From assembly GCF_009914755.1 (NCBI RefSeq), contig NC_060930.1: a stretch of DNA of 64,000 bases. The stretch is one strand, 5' to 3'. This stretch comes from the human T2T-CHM13v2.0 reference genome, Homo sapiens. This document shows positions 52,121 to 64,000 of this stretch, in pieces (the stretch's first letter is position 1; each line of letters begins with the position of its first letter). The position numbers were made by a program, and so were the translations under genes. Under the pieces are notes generated by a model, which was not told the origin of the DNA, ran no database searches, and saw only the letters and a program-made list of their open reading frames with translations.

Positions 52121-52899
52121 AGTACCCAAACCAGCAGTATCTGAGAGAGGGGATCTAGCACTATTCATTACTAGAGATCCTGGGTGCTGAAGCTGAGAAG
52201 GTTCTCTGTCCCCTTTCCAGGGATTCTCAGTAATCCCTGTGGTGGGGGTGGGAAGGCAGATGACAAGCAACATTCATTCTTGGACTTCAAAGAGCTGGGA
52301 AGACTGGGACTTCCAAGCACCCCTGGGGCACTGCCTATGCAATATTTGTCAACGACATTTTCTGCTAATTAGGCCCCTTAAAAACAAGCAGGGTTGTAAG
52401 TGAGGAACAAGGATCTATCCAGAAGGGTGGGTGGTCCATCCTGTGTAATGATGGGGCGCTCCAGTCTGTGAAGCGTGACACTCCCTTTATGTTCCTTCCC
52501 TCTGCCAAGAGTAACAAGTGTGTTTCCTACACGAGGATTAGAATTTACTGGAAGACCGTGGAAAGCCCTAGCACCAGAGACTGTCCGGCTAACATGAATT
52601 CCCTCCTGGACTGGTCTCATTTGGTCTTTTCTGACACCTGGAGCAAACTCTACCCCCACCTTTCCTTTTGTCAAAGGACCCTCTGTAGTCAGAAGAGCTC
52701 TGGACTGAGCAGGAGGCCTGCGTTGCAGGCCCCACTGTGCTACCAACAGGGGCTGTGTGTGAGGTGGGCTGTGGACGGTCACCTCGTGCTTCTGGACCAG
52801 ATGCCTTCTCCCTAAAGTCCTTTCTCTTCGGTTCTTACAGCCATGGCATCAAGCATAAAGAGCAGGCATACAACGCATAGCCTTGTGCCATCACATGGG

Positions 52900-52972
52900 C
52901 ACACCCTCACACATACCAATAAACACACACAAACACACACGCACACACACACAGACACATGCACACACACAC
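52900..52972. repeat. Imperfect (CA)n
   Basis: Direct reading. Confidence 0.8.
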
Positions 52973-54073
52973 TTCCTTTCAGTGCCCAAGTAAGAAGACA
53001 AACCTATCTTCAAGGTGAAAAATAAAGGCTCAGACTATCCTTTCCTTCAAATTCACCCAGGATGCCCTTTCTTGGGGCACATATGCTGCAGTGAAAGGAG
53101 AGCAGGCCGGGCTTGCTGGCTGTGTGGGTGCAGCTTCAGTGCCTGGCCCAATCCTTTCCTCCACGCCATGCTCCCTGCATGTGTCCTTGGGCAAGCCACT
53201 CTCCAAGGGCCTCAGCATCCTCTGCAGTCCGGGTAGCAGCAGTTCCTGCCTCACAAGACTTTCGTTAGGATTGCTGGTGTCCATACATTGGTAGCTCCTA
53301 GAACAGGACCTGGCACCTGCTAGCAGCGAGAGTGATGTGGTGGCTCTCATTACCTCACCAAGCCATCTCTGGGTAAACCTCTGGCTTTTTTTTTCTGCTG
53401 AGATTTCTTTCCTTTTCATCTCAGCTCTTGGTCCTGCCAACTTAGGTTAAGAAATGTACTGACAAGAATCTTTGAAAATTCCTAGCAAAAGCCTCTTCCA
53501 GCACTGCATTAGTAAAATCACATTTCAGTCTCTAAAACAAACAAAAGTGGCCAGCCCAAACCTCCCCCGCCCCCAAAGTCACTTGGAAACACAAACATTA
53601 AGAGTGTGTACTCTGGTGTTGGAGGTGATTTATGATTTGGGCCTAGGGCTCTCCTCCCCCAATAATAAGCACAGAAGAGGAAGGGGTGATGGCTGGCAGG
53701 AGTTTCTGTTGGAGAAGTTTCTGCTAACAGTGGCTTTACTGTTAGGGTGCTGCCCGTTCCCCAGAACTGGGGGATGTCAGCCCATCACAGGAAACCACCA
53801 GGAGAAACTGCCTGGGACAGGCGCCATCTGTCTGCAGCTCTGTCATTTAGATAGTCGATAGATCAATCCACTGGGGCTGAGCCACAAACAGAGCTTGGCT
53901 TTGATATTTAGGAAGAGGAAAGATGCCTGACAGCTCCTTTCCAGGTTACATTTACACTCCTTGACTGTCCTTTGCTATTGTTTCTAGAAAAAAAAATATA
54001 CTGATTGTGAAGTGTTCCTTTGGTGTTTTCTGTTAGCTTACAAATAAATTGGGTTTGAATCTAGTCTCACATT

Positions 54074-54098
54074 CACACACACACACACACACACACAC
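54074..54098. repeat. (CA)n microsatellite
   Basis: Direct reading. Confidence 0.9.
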
Positions 54099-55884
54099 CC
54101 CCGAAAATAAAGCCCTTCCAACAAATTGCTTACATGCTGAGGCTCTGTGTTCCAGCAAGCCTTCAATTTATTTTAATGGACAAATAATAAATCCTTCCAA
54201 AGGGGGTATTTAGAATGGAAATGCTGATAGGTCCTTTAATTGTGACATGCTGCCAGGCACTGCTTTGACACGGAGTGCTGCAGTGTGCCCGGGGGATTGG
54301 ATGGCATGCATCAGGACGACGGTGTTGGGGGGAGGGGGACGCAGAGCTCAGATGCTGTGCCTGGGCCCAGTAGTCTCACATTAGTGCTGGAATCAGCAGC
54401 ACGGAGCTGTGGGTCCCAGGCTCATCAGAAACAACATGTTGTACAACTTGTTTTCAAGGAACTGACATTGTCATGGTGTTTGCAGTGTGTGTGCTGACTG
54501 ATCCTCTGCCCCCCAGGTGGGTTCCTCAAGTCTTTCTTGGACTCTGTGGAACGTTGCTAATATTGCTGCTTCAAGTCATAGGATGTTAGGGGTGGGAGGT
54601 ACCATCTGATTTCTAAAAGCATCAGGCTGTGGAGATAGAGTGGTCCAGAGAAACAGCACAATAGCCTGATGTCTCAGCTGTTGCCCCTCCCACGCAGGTA
54701 GGATCGCTGTCAAGGTCTCACCCCGTTAGGTCTGGACGGCCCCCATCTGTAGCGGTTTGTCACTAGCACCTGTCATTGTCTTCCTCTCTAGTTGCTCCTA
54801 GGTGGTGACAGCCTCTGCTCCCTAAGTTGCCTGAAGATTTCTCCCCACCTCCACTGCCCCCTGTTCCCTGGAGAATGCCACATCACCCAATGCTCCCTGA
54901 GGTCTGGGGGCTTAGGATGCCAGTGGGGAGCTCCCTCCCTTGCCTTCTACTGGGGACATGGACTGCAGGGTGTGTGCCCTGTGGTGTTACACAACTAACC
55001 TCTACCAACTCACGGCCACACTGACACAGTTGTGCACCCACTTATACCCTCACTTGAGTGCTGTATCCCCTGTTCCTTCTCTCCCCTTAGTTCAAAGCAA
55101 AACCTGTGCAAGTAAGATTCTGCAAATAGAATTATTTTGGATTTGCTCACAAGTGATCAGACACACTAAACTCTCCCTTTGGGTTCAAAATAGTATTCCT
55201 GAAACATCTGTAAGGAGTCCAAGGCCCAGAGAGGTGGAAATGTAATTTTAAGTATCAGGAACATCAAGTTTTTTTATTTGGACTGGTCTAAATATCCCTT
55301 TCCCTAAGCCCCTGGTGGCCTGCAATGCAGGGGGTGAGAATTAGACACCTGTGCACCCACTTGGGTCTGGTCTCTCCCCTCTGATCCCAGATTGACACAT
55401 GCTTTGAGAGTGAAACCTCTTTCCCTCCTCCTTCAAGGTGGATCCCAGTGTACAGGCATGCTTGGGACCTATCTCCTAAGTTCCCAGCTTCCTTAACTTT
55501 TCCCTGCATGCTGAGGAAGGGGCATTCAACATCTCGGAAGTCTCTGGGCATTTGTTATTGGATTCTTGTGAGTTTCTGATTTAATCCATCAATAGAAAAC
55601 ATCACAACTGATGATGAAAAAGAGATTGTCCCAAAGAATACTTGCTATCTACAGAAGTACGAACGCTGAATGGACAGAGCACATGGATTGCACTGAACTA
55701 AGGGACAGAGGTAGGGAGTATGGCTGATAGACATGGCTTCACATCCCAGAATCACCACTTATCCAGGAGTATGGTCTTAGGCAGGTCATTTCTCTGAGTG
55801 CTAGTTTCCTTACCTGGAAACCTCTGCTCCAGGGTTATCACAGAAATCAGAGATAAGCTAGGTTTGTCCACTCACATACACCCA

Positions 55885-56365
55885 TGTACACACATTTGTA
55901 TATTCATATTCATGGTAGCATCATGCACAACAGCCAAAAGGTAGAAGCAACCCAAGTGGCCACTGGCCACTGACAGATGAAGGATGAACAAAATGTGTGG
56001 TCCGTACATACAATGAAATATGATTCAAATTCTGACATGTGCTGCAATATGGGTGAATGAAGAACTATGCTCAGTAGAATAAGCCAGTCAAAAGGACGAA
56101 TATTGTATGATTCCACTTACATAAGGTGCCTAGAATAGTCAAATTCATAGAGACAGAAAGTAGGATGGTGAGTACCGGGGACTGAGCATGGAGAAGAGAC
56201 AGTTATAGTTTAATAGGCACAGAGTTTCAGTTTAGAATAATGAAAAAGTTCTGGAGATGGATGGTGGTGATGGTTGCATAGCAATGTGAATGTAATTAAT
56301 GCCACTGAATTGTAATTGAAAAAATGGCTAAAATGGTAAATTTGTTATGAATAGCTTACCGCACA
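55885..56365 (+). mobile_element. L1MB-like 3' end, apparently inserted in a MIR
   Basis: 'acaacagccaaaaggtagaagcaacccaagtg...tgtatgattccacttac...ttctggagatggatggtggtgatggttgca...aaaatggtaaattt'. MIR-like flanks at ~55750-55850 and ~56380-56450. Confidence 0.88.
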
Positions 56366-58149
56366 TATAATATACACTGAAAATCACTGTAGGTGGCACA
56401 CTGAGAGTGTCTGGCACATGTCTGGAAGCTCAATAGATGGTTGCTACGATCATCATTTGCAGGAGATCGGACACAGGTCTGAGTCCACTGTGAACCAGCT
56501 GGAACCATTTATGATGCTCTGTGTTGCCCTTGCTCCATTTGTAAAAAGATGCCTGACACTTCTCCCATCTTTCCTTTGTGACCTCCAAATGAGATCGTTG
56601 ATTCTTTATGGGATATTCAGGAAATATTTAGTTTAATAGACTCATTGAAAATAATGGAGCTAAGATCAATTTAAAACTGTCAATTTGCTCTTTGGAGAGA
56701 GAAATTTCTGCCCCTCTTCCGTCTGCCCCAAGCTGGATTTCTTAGACTTGCTTTAAGAAAATGGTAAGTAACATTGGGACCTCCAGAAGGACAAGTTACT
56801 CGGCCTGGGCTTGGAATCTACGGCCTCTCCTCGGACTGCAGAGGCCTTTTTCTCACAAAAAAGGTCCCCCGAAGTGAGAAAGCAGATTTTCTTCTGTCCT
56901 AAAAAATGCAGTTCCAGCCTGATCCTCCCTCAGAATGGTCACTAAGAAAGCAAAATGTGTCTAATGCTAACAGAGCCCCGATTCATTGCTTCCAGAGCCT
57001 GCAGCGTTTTATACTCACTCTGCAAGCATAATCAAGGGAGTGATTCTGAACCTTGTTAATCAGAAAGGGCCCTTTAAAAATGTCATGCTGTCAATATAAA
57101 ACTTTGCTAAATTGCATTATAAATGCCAGATTCAGTCAACTAACACATTTAACACCGTTTCTTAAGTACAGTTTAGATTTTATCCATGCCAGGGAGAAAG
57201 AGAAAAATACCTCAGGAGAGCCCAGGCCTGCGGATTCATTGTGCTAAGCTCACTTCCCCCAGAGAGGGATTAGAAATATTTATTCCAAATCCAAGCTGTA
57301 CTTCTGGCATTCTTGTCAATAAGGTGTCCCCCCAACGTTGCTGGCTTTAGAACTGGATGATTCTCAGTTATGAAGGTTAGAAGGGGTGAGCCCTTTACAC
57401 TTGTTTTTTCATTAGCAGGCAATGCCTAAAGCTGTTGTTTTATACCAGAGGGGAAAGGTTTCTTGCAAGTCAAGAGCTAAACATCGTGTGCACACCTGTT
57501 AAAAATAAGACCTTATTTTTTACATCTGCAGAGTCCGAAATAGCCCTTCAATGTGAAACGACATTGTTCTTTGTTTTGGGGAGAATTCATTGTCAAGTTA
57601 ACAGAGAACTAACCTTTCTCCTCCCCTCCCACCAAATGAGGCTATTTCTACACTATTTTGACTAATTTGATTATGTCTTTTTCTCTATGATCCTGTTCAG
57701 AATAGAAAAGGTTTAATTGAAAACTTATAGCTTGAAGTTTGGCTAAACAGCACTTTAAGGATCTGAAGATGGTGACCAAACATTGTGATTTCCTATTAAA
57801 AAAAATCTTAAGATAATGAGATGATTTTTTCCGTGTTACATGCGTAAGCTTATTCTGAGATGAAAGGGTCTAAGTACACACAGCAGGATAATATTTTAAA
57901 ATATTAACCAATTTCCCCCCTTTCCTCCTGCCTGTTCTTCCTTTTACCTGTTCACCTCTTTCAAGCTAGACTGTTCCAAATTCATTATCTCAGGAAGCAG
58001 TGACCTAGGGGAAGCCTGGAGTTTTTTCCTGGCTTTTGAATTTCAAGTCTTGCCCTGACAAAAAAATGCAAAGAACTTGTAAGCATTATAAAATAGCTGG
58101 CATTTCCTGAGAACTTTCTGTGTTATACGTAACATTTAAAGCATGCTTT

Positions 58150-58151
<2 letters not shown>

Positions 58152-58194
<43 letters not shown>
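58152..58194. repeat. (TG)n microsatellite
   Basis: About 20 perfect TG units. Confidence 0.95.
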
Positions 58195-58197
<3 letters not shown>

Positions 58198-58199
58198 TT

Positions 58200-58372
58200 T
58201 TTCTCTACAACTCAGTAAGATAGGTACTCTTAATACCCCTATTTTACAGATGAGAAAACTGAGGTAGAGAGAAATGGAGTATTTTGCCCATCATAGCATC
58301 TCTGGTGAGCAGCAGAATTGGCTCACTATTCCAGCAGTGTGTCTCCAGTGCTCACATTTCAAACCACTGCAC
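58200..58372 (-). mobile_element. MIR SINE
   Basis: 'cctattttacagatgagaaaactgagg'. Confidence 0.8.
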
Positions 58373-58384
58373 CAAGCTCCTTGT

Positions 58385-58780
58385 TAATGTGCAGGAAGTT
58401 CTTGGGAATGTACTCAGTATTTCCACCTGTGAAAAGGAAGGGACTTTAGCAGCATTGGATAGGAGAAGAAGTTGGGCTCTGGGGTGATGTCAAGAAAGCC
58501 TTTGGCTGACCAGAGGAGAGATCTGAGGCTGGAGTGACCCTTCAGAGCCATCTCAAACTGGGGCAACACATTTGGGTCTTCATATTCCTGCATGGACCAG
58601 TCATTGGATGCAGGCTGCCCTGAGACAGGTATGGCTTTGGATGGAGGTTACTCTCTTCAGTTGTGGGAATTCCCATGTGGGCGCCCAGCAGAGGGCCATC
58701 TTCCAGCAGCACTCCCAGTAGCTGAGGGAGAAGTCCTTCAGTCCTCAGGCCCAATCTGGATGGCACACCAGTGTCCTAGT
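58385..58780 (-). mobile_element. ERVL LTR (LTR16-like)
   Basis: 'tgtgcaggaagttcttggga...ccacctgtg...ggagaagaagttgggct...accagtcattggatgcaggctgccc'. Confidence 0.55.
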
Positions 58781-60121
58781 ACTACAGAAAGGGGAGAAGC
58801 CAAGCGGGGGTACAATTCCTCACTTCAGCCTCATCCCTCAAGGACATCTGAGTATAAATGATGCCTCAGAGTGTGTGCCAACCCGAGATAAGAGATCTGA
58901 GCTTTTAAACTCCCTTACCCATTAGTCTTAGGCTAAACACCACCCTGGGAGTCGGGAGATTTGGATCTAAACTCCGAGACACTTCAGGCTCTCTGCGTGT
59001 GCATGTCCAAGGGTAGAGCTCAGAAGAGAGTCACAGGTGCATGCCATTAAAAGCAAATGTACACAGAGGCCAAGGGATGGGCACAAAAGGGCAGTTGAAA
59101 GAATCCACGTGATCATCTGCTCCAGCTTCTATAAACCTGAGAACATTCCCTGAACTGGAGGTAAGCAGCGAATCGGAGGAGAGAGATGAGTCGCTAAGCA
59201 AAGGCATATGCATATGCATCTGCCAAGAGAGCACTGGGTCCCAGGCAGGCTTGAGGGACAGGAGAGCAGAGGGACTCTCAGCCTCCCTTTCACGGAGAGC
59301 CTTGTGGGGAAAGGGGACTCCAGAGGGAAGAGGGCTGTGTGGGGTCTACAAGGGACCTTGTGGAGCTTGTCAGAGAGGGGTGTACCCAAAGATTCCCATG
59401 TGCCTGGGAGAGGAAGAGAGGTGGCTGGGGTGTCCTAGAGTTCTGGACACCTAGGGTGGATAGGAGCAGCAGGACAATCCTGTGAATGGAGGAGGACAGA
59501 ACATTAGAGCCACAGGGGAGGGTGCAGCCATCTGTGTGCGTGGATCTCTGAGGATGAGGCCAGGCAGTGGCACTCAGTGGATGCCAATGTGAACACAGAG
59601 CAGTGGGGACCCATATCCTGCCTGGCATCTTGGTACAGGACATCATTACCCCTGAATTCACGTGGGAGATGACGGGACCCTGAACTGACCAAGAACACAT
59701 TCAGTCACCTGTACAGATGGAGGCTGAGAATAGAAATTGAGTTCAAGGAAACTAAAGAAAGCTACATTTCTCATCCACATGCATTTATGGAATGAGTTTG
59801 CCACTGCCATAGGTAGTAACTATTAACACGATCTTGTGAAAATTTCTGAACTATATACACGATGCTTCTGATGACAGGTGTTAGCTTGGCCTGTTTTAGC
59901 TCAGCATAAGTACTGCTTTGTTGAAATTTTCTCTTTCTTACATAAAGAATGAATTAGACTCTGATACACTGTGCCAGGACTGAATCGACTGACGGAGGGA
60001 TAGATTACGCAAGTAAAACCCAGGCCCCTAAGGAAGAGAATATACTTTACGGACTTCACTTTGATTCTGTGTCAGCGGTTTTGACATCATAACCCATGTG
60101 CCCAACACATAGAACCACAGG

Positions 60122-60123
60122 GG

Positions 60124-60158
<35 letters not shown>

Positions 60159-60277
60159 GGACACTGTCTTCTGAGGCTTTTATTTCTTTTTCTTTCTTTT
60201 TTCTTCATGCTACAGTGAACTGGGAGAACAAAAAAAAAGCTAAAGAAATACATGCCCGCTTAGAGGCGTGTGTGCGA

Positions 60278-60317
<40 letters not shown>

Positions 60318-60318
60318 A
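60122..60318. repeat. (CA)n and (TG)n microsatellites in inverted orientation
   Basis: gcgc(ac)n at ~60129-60158 and (gt)n-gcgc at ~60282-60317. Confidence 0.9.
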
Positions 60319-61564
60319 CCGTGCCTTTTTCACCCAGGGTCTCCGAGCTGCAGTTTCCCTCTTGGAGCTTTTCTTGTCTATTTCAAAGCCCCTTCACAAG
60401 TTTAACACTGACAGGGAGAACAATGAAAAGTGAGCCGCAGCTTAGAAATGAACAGAAAGAAGTGACTGACTTTGGGCTACTCTGCTGGGGTAAATGGACT
60501 ATAAAATGTAATTTTAGATTAAATAGGTGTTTTATGTACAACACGATATTGATTTTGTTTCTGCAGGCAGAGGCTGAAGAATTGTGTGCCGCCCATTTAT
60601 GTGTATAACTGTGTGTGTGTGTGTGTCAGAGAACCTGGGCAGATTATGAGGGTGAGTTTTAATTTAACTTAACTGTACAGAAAGAGCTTGATGACTAATA
60701 TCTTTGGCTTTCAATTCTTCTTAGTATTGAAATAATGCCTATTCTTCCTTCACCCTAACCTGTATGCTTTTATAGCCTTTGTCAACTCTTTAAAAAGTCC
60801 CCGCTCTCTCCCCAGCACTGGTGACTGTGACATCACCCATCAGCTCTATACTCCGCTGTTCCAGCCTCACACTTTCATCTTTGTCCTTAACGGAGTGGCG
60901 AGAAAGGCCACACTAATCTTCAGAAGCAGGAACATACGGGTGCTCTTCCATCATTTTACCGCTAATATCACTTCCACCTCTCCAGAAAAAAAAATAATAA
61001 TAATAAGATGTAAAAGGTCACGTGGGATTCTTCCTCCAAATCACTGTTTGAAGGTCACCTTCAGTGATATATTGAAGAGATGTGGGAACACCCACATCCT
61101 CAAGGTGGAAGGGTCAGCAGGGCCGTAGGCACAACTGAGATAAGGGATGTTTGCCTTCACCTTCCTCCATGTGTATACTTCCTTAATCCTTGTAGCAAGT
61201 CCTGCGTGGTCCCCAAACTCAGGGCCTAATATTTTCTAGAATGTTCCATGGAGCAGAAAAAATGATCTGATCAACTCATTTACATGAATAACTTCATGCA
61301 TTTCAAGTTAAGGAAAAAACCCTGAAAGATATTTTGTAGTTGTTGGCAAGGATGAGGAGAATAGGCATTCTCTTTTATACTACTTTGTAGGGGAGAATTT
61401 GGTCTACAAAAGTCTTAAAAATTAGTCCACCCATTGATTCAGTAATTCGCTTTCTAGGACCTTATCTTAAGGGAATAATTGGAAATGTGTACTAAAATGT
61501 ATGCACTTGAATGTTCACTGTAGTATAATTTATAATGGCCACAAACTGAAAATAACCTATTGTG

Positions 61565-61745
61565 TCTGTTCTTCTTCATATAAGAACGCAAGTCATTGGA
61601 TTTAGGGCCCACCTTAAACTCAGAACAATTTCATCTCAAGATCCTTAACTAATTACGTCTGTTAATACTCTCTTTCAAATAAGGCCACAGTCTGAGGTTC
61701 CAGGGGGACATGAATTCTGGGGAGGCAACACTCAACCCAACACAG
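61565..61745 (-). mobile_element. MLT1B/C-like LTR fragment within old L1ME-like sequence
   Basis: 'gtcattggatttagggcccacc...catctcaagatccttaac...aaataaggccacagtctgaggttcc'. Confidence 0.75.
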
Positions 61746-62186
61746 GACTGAAACTGGAAAATGAAAAATTATAGGGAGTCCAAGGAATTTCTTTCCTTCC
61801 GTCTCTTGTCCCTGCTTCTCTCTAAAAATCTTCTCCAATTATCCGTATCTTAGCCAACTGTTCTGCTTCTTCTTTATCATGGGAGGATATGGCTGTTCCA
61901 TACCTCCCCAAAATGGTTTATAACTCCACAAGAAACTGGGAGTCTCTAGGCTCCAAATTTCATTTCCTAGGAAGGATAATCTTCTTTGCTGAGCTTAGTT
62001 TATGGGTTCATTCCAGGCCAATATATTTTGACCAGAAGAATCGAGCCACAGTGTTATCATATCTTTGGAGCAAAGGCTATTAATTCTCTGGTTAGCTTGT
62101 GAGCTAAGTGGACACCCAAAGAATATCTTATACACAGAGAATGGGTTAAATTATGGCACAGTCATACCATCAGAAATTACTTTGCA

Positions 62187-62573
<387 letters not shown>

Positions 62574-62581
62574 CTAATATG

Positions 62582-62588
62582 CACACAT

Positions 62589-62629
<41 letters not shown>
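62582..62629. repeat. (CATA)n/(CA)n microsatellite
   Basis: Direct reading. Confidence 0.9.
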
Positions 62630-62633
<4 letters not shown>

Positions 62634-64000
62634 TAAGGATAGAAGAATGTACACTAGAAAATTTACAGTACTATCACTAGATGATAGATTATGCATAGGC
62701 TTTAATTTTTTTGTTTTTTTCCACCAATTTACTTTTAAATCCCATTTAAAATTCTTTTAAATAGATTTGATAAAGGATTTCTAACACAAAATAGTGACTT
62801 ACCAATAGTGAAATTTAAGACATAAATTAAGTAAATTTGGAGGTAATACCATAGGGGATATTTATGGGGTTATTTGCCTAATGCACAAAGATTTCTCTTT
62901 CCCTGAATTTCAATGACACCATCTCCTGTAAACTCTGGATCCAAAGGGGTAGGCATATTCTACCATGTGGACCAGGGATGCAGGGAAACTCAATCTGCAG
63001 AGAAGAGAAATGATAATAAAACTGATGTCACAAGAGGTACAAAGACAAAACCACAGGGTCTGGACAACTCTTCAGATACGATTTAATCCCTTCCCAGATC
63101 TCTTGATATTTCTGCTCCTGGGTTCATTCCAACACTTCTTTATGTTGATAATAAATGTCTTTTTGTGTTTACATGAGCTTGATTTGATTTCTCTTTCTTG
63201 AAACCAAAGAGTTTTGACCAATACGAGACCCTTCACAGTTTCTGCAAAGCAAAACTTGCAGGTGAGCACAGAGAGGTATTTCCAGTTCTAAGGAGAGTTC
63301 AGTAAGCGAAATCCTCTGATATGAGGACCAACCTTCTGGAGACTGCTATGCCCCTGAGTGCATAAGGCACAAGCCAATGAATAAAGAAAAGTCATAAAAG
63401 TAAGCTGATGATGAGAAGGAAGAGGTGAGCAAGAGGCAGATGAAAGAGGAAGTCAGTAGAGGGGAAAGGAAGCCTAGAGGATGAGAGGGCCCTAGAATCT
63501 AGAATGTCAGTAGAAATTCCTTCAAAAGGCTCTCCTGACCCTGGGTCATATTTCATTCAGATTAGCTCACTGTTCACCTTGCCTTTTATGAAGGTCAAAT
63601 TAGTTCCAAAATTAGAGAAGCCTTTACCGACTTGACCTTCATGGCCATTAGGTTGGCCAGCATACCCTCCAGTTCCTGGTTTCTGATTTCCATTAGGTAC
63701 AGCAACCTTTTGAAGGTCCAAATACTGGGTTTCTGGAGGAGATGTTATCTCCTAATTCCACTTAGTATGGACAGCTGCAGGCTGGGCACGTGGGCTCAGT
63801 TTCCTTCACTGACCACAATCCAAACCAACATCTCACTTGTCTCACAACATCTCAACAGCTCCCAAGTTCCATTTCCCAGTTATCTCTAAGGAAACTGTAT
63901 CCCAGGACTCTTCAAAAGTCAGGCAACGCTTCTGTACGGCCTTCCAGATCCCAATGTTTTACCGTCACTGTTTAAAAATCAATACCACATTAACAGATTA

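Overview
Primate (human-like) intergenic or intronic DNA with no recognisable host protein-coding exon, tRNA/rRNA gene or CRISPR array. Nearly all ORFs in the supplied track are spurious or repeat-derived. The window is dominated by transposable elements (Alu, L1, L2, MIR, MaLR and ERV LTRs, one DNA transposon). The largest is a 5.9-kb two-LTR HERV-H/LTR7 provirus on the minus strand (33466-39349). It has a His-tRNA PBS, a PPT, an intact major splice donor and defective gag/pol/env remnants, and it sits inside an old L1M. The most unusual signal is a perfect 186-bp inverted duplication of apparently unique sequence (22422-22607 / 23783-23968, 1175-bp spacer). Its second copy interrupts a MER21-type LTR, has a snap-back junction, and lies next to a ~102-bp tandem duplication. 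It is downstream of, and in the path of, transcription from the HERV-H promoter, close to candidate minus-strand exons and a CpG-enriched, homeodomain-motif-rich block (18.3-20.8 kb). Repeat subfamily names are from recalled consensus sequences, old-repeat boundaries are approximate, and no search was run.
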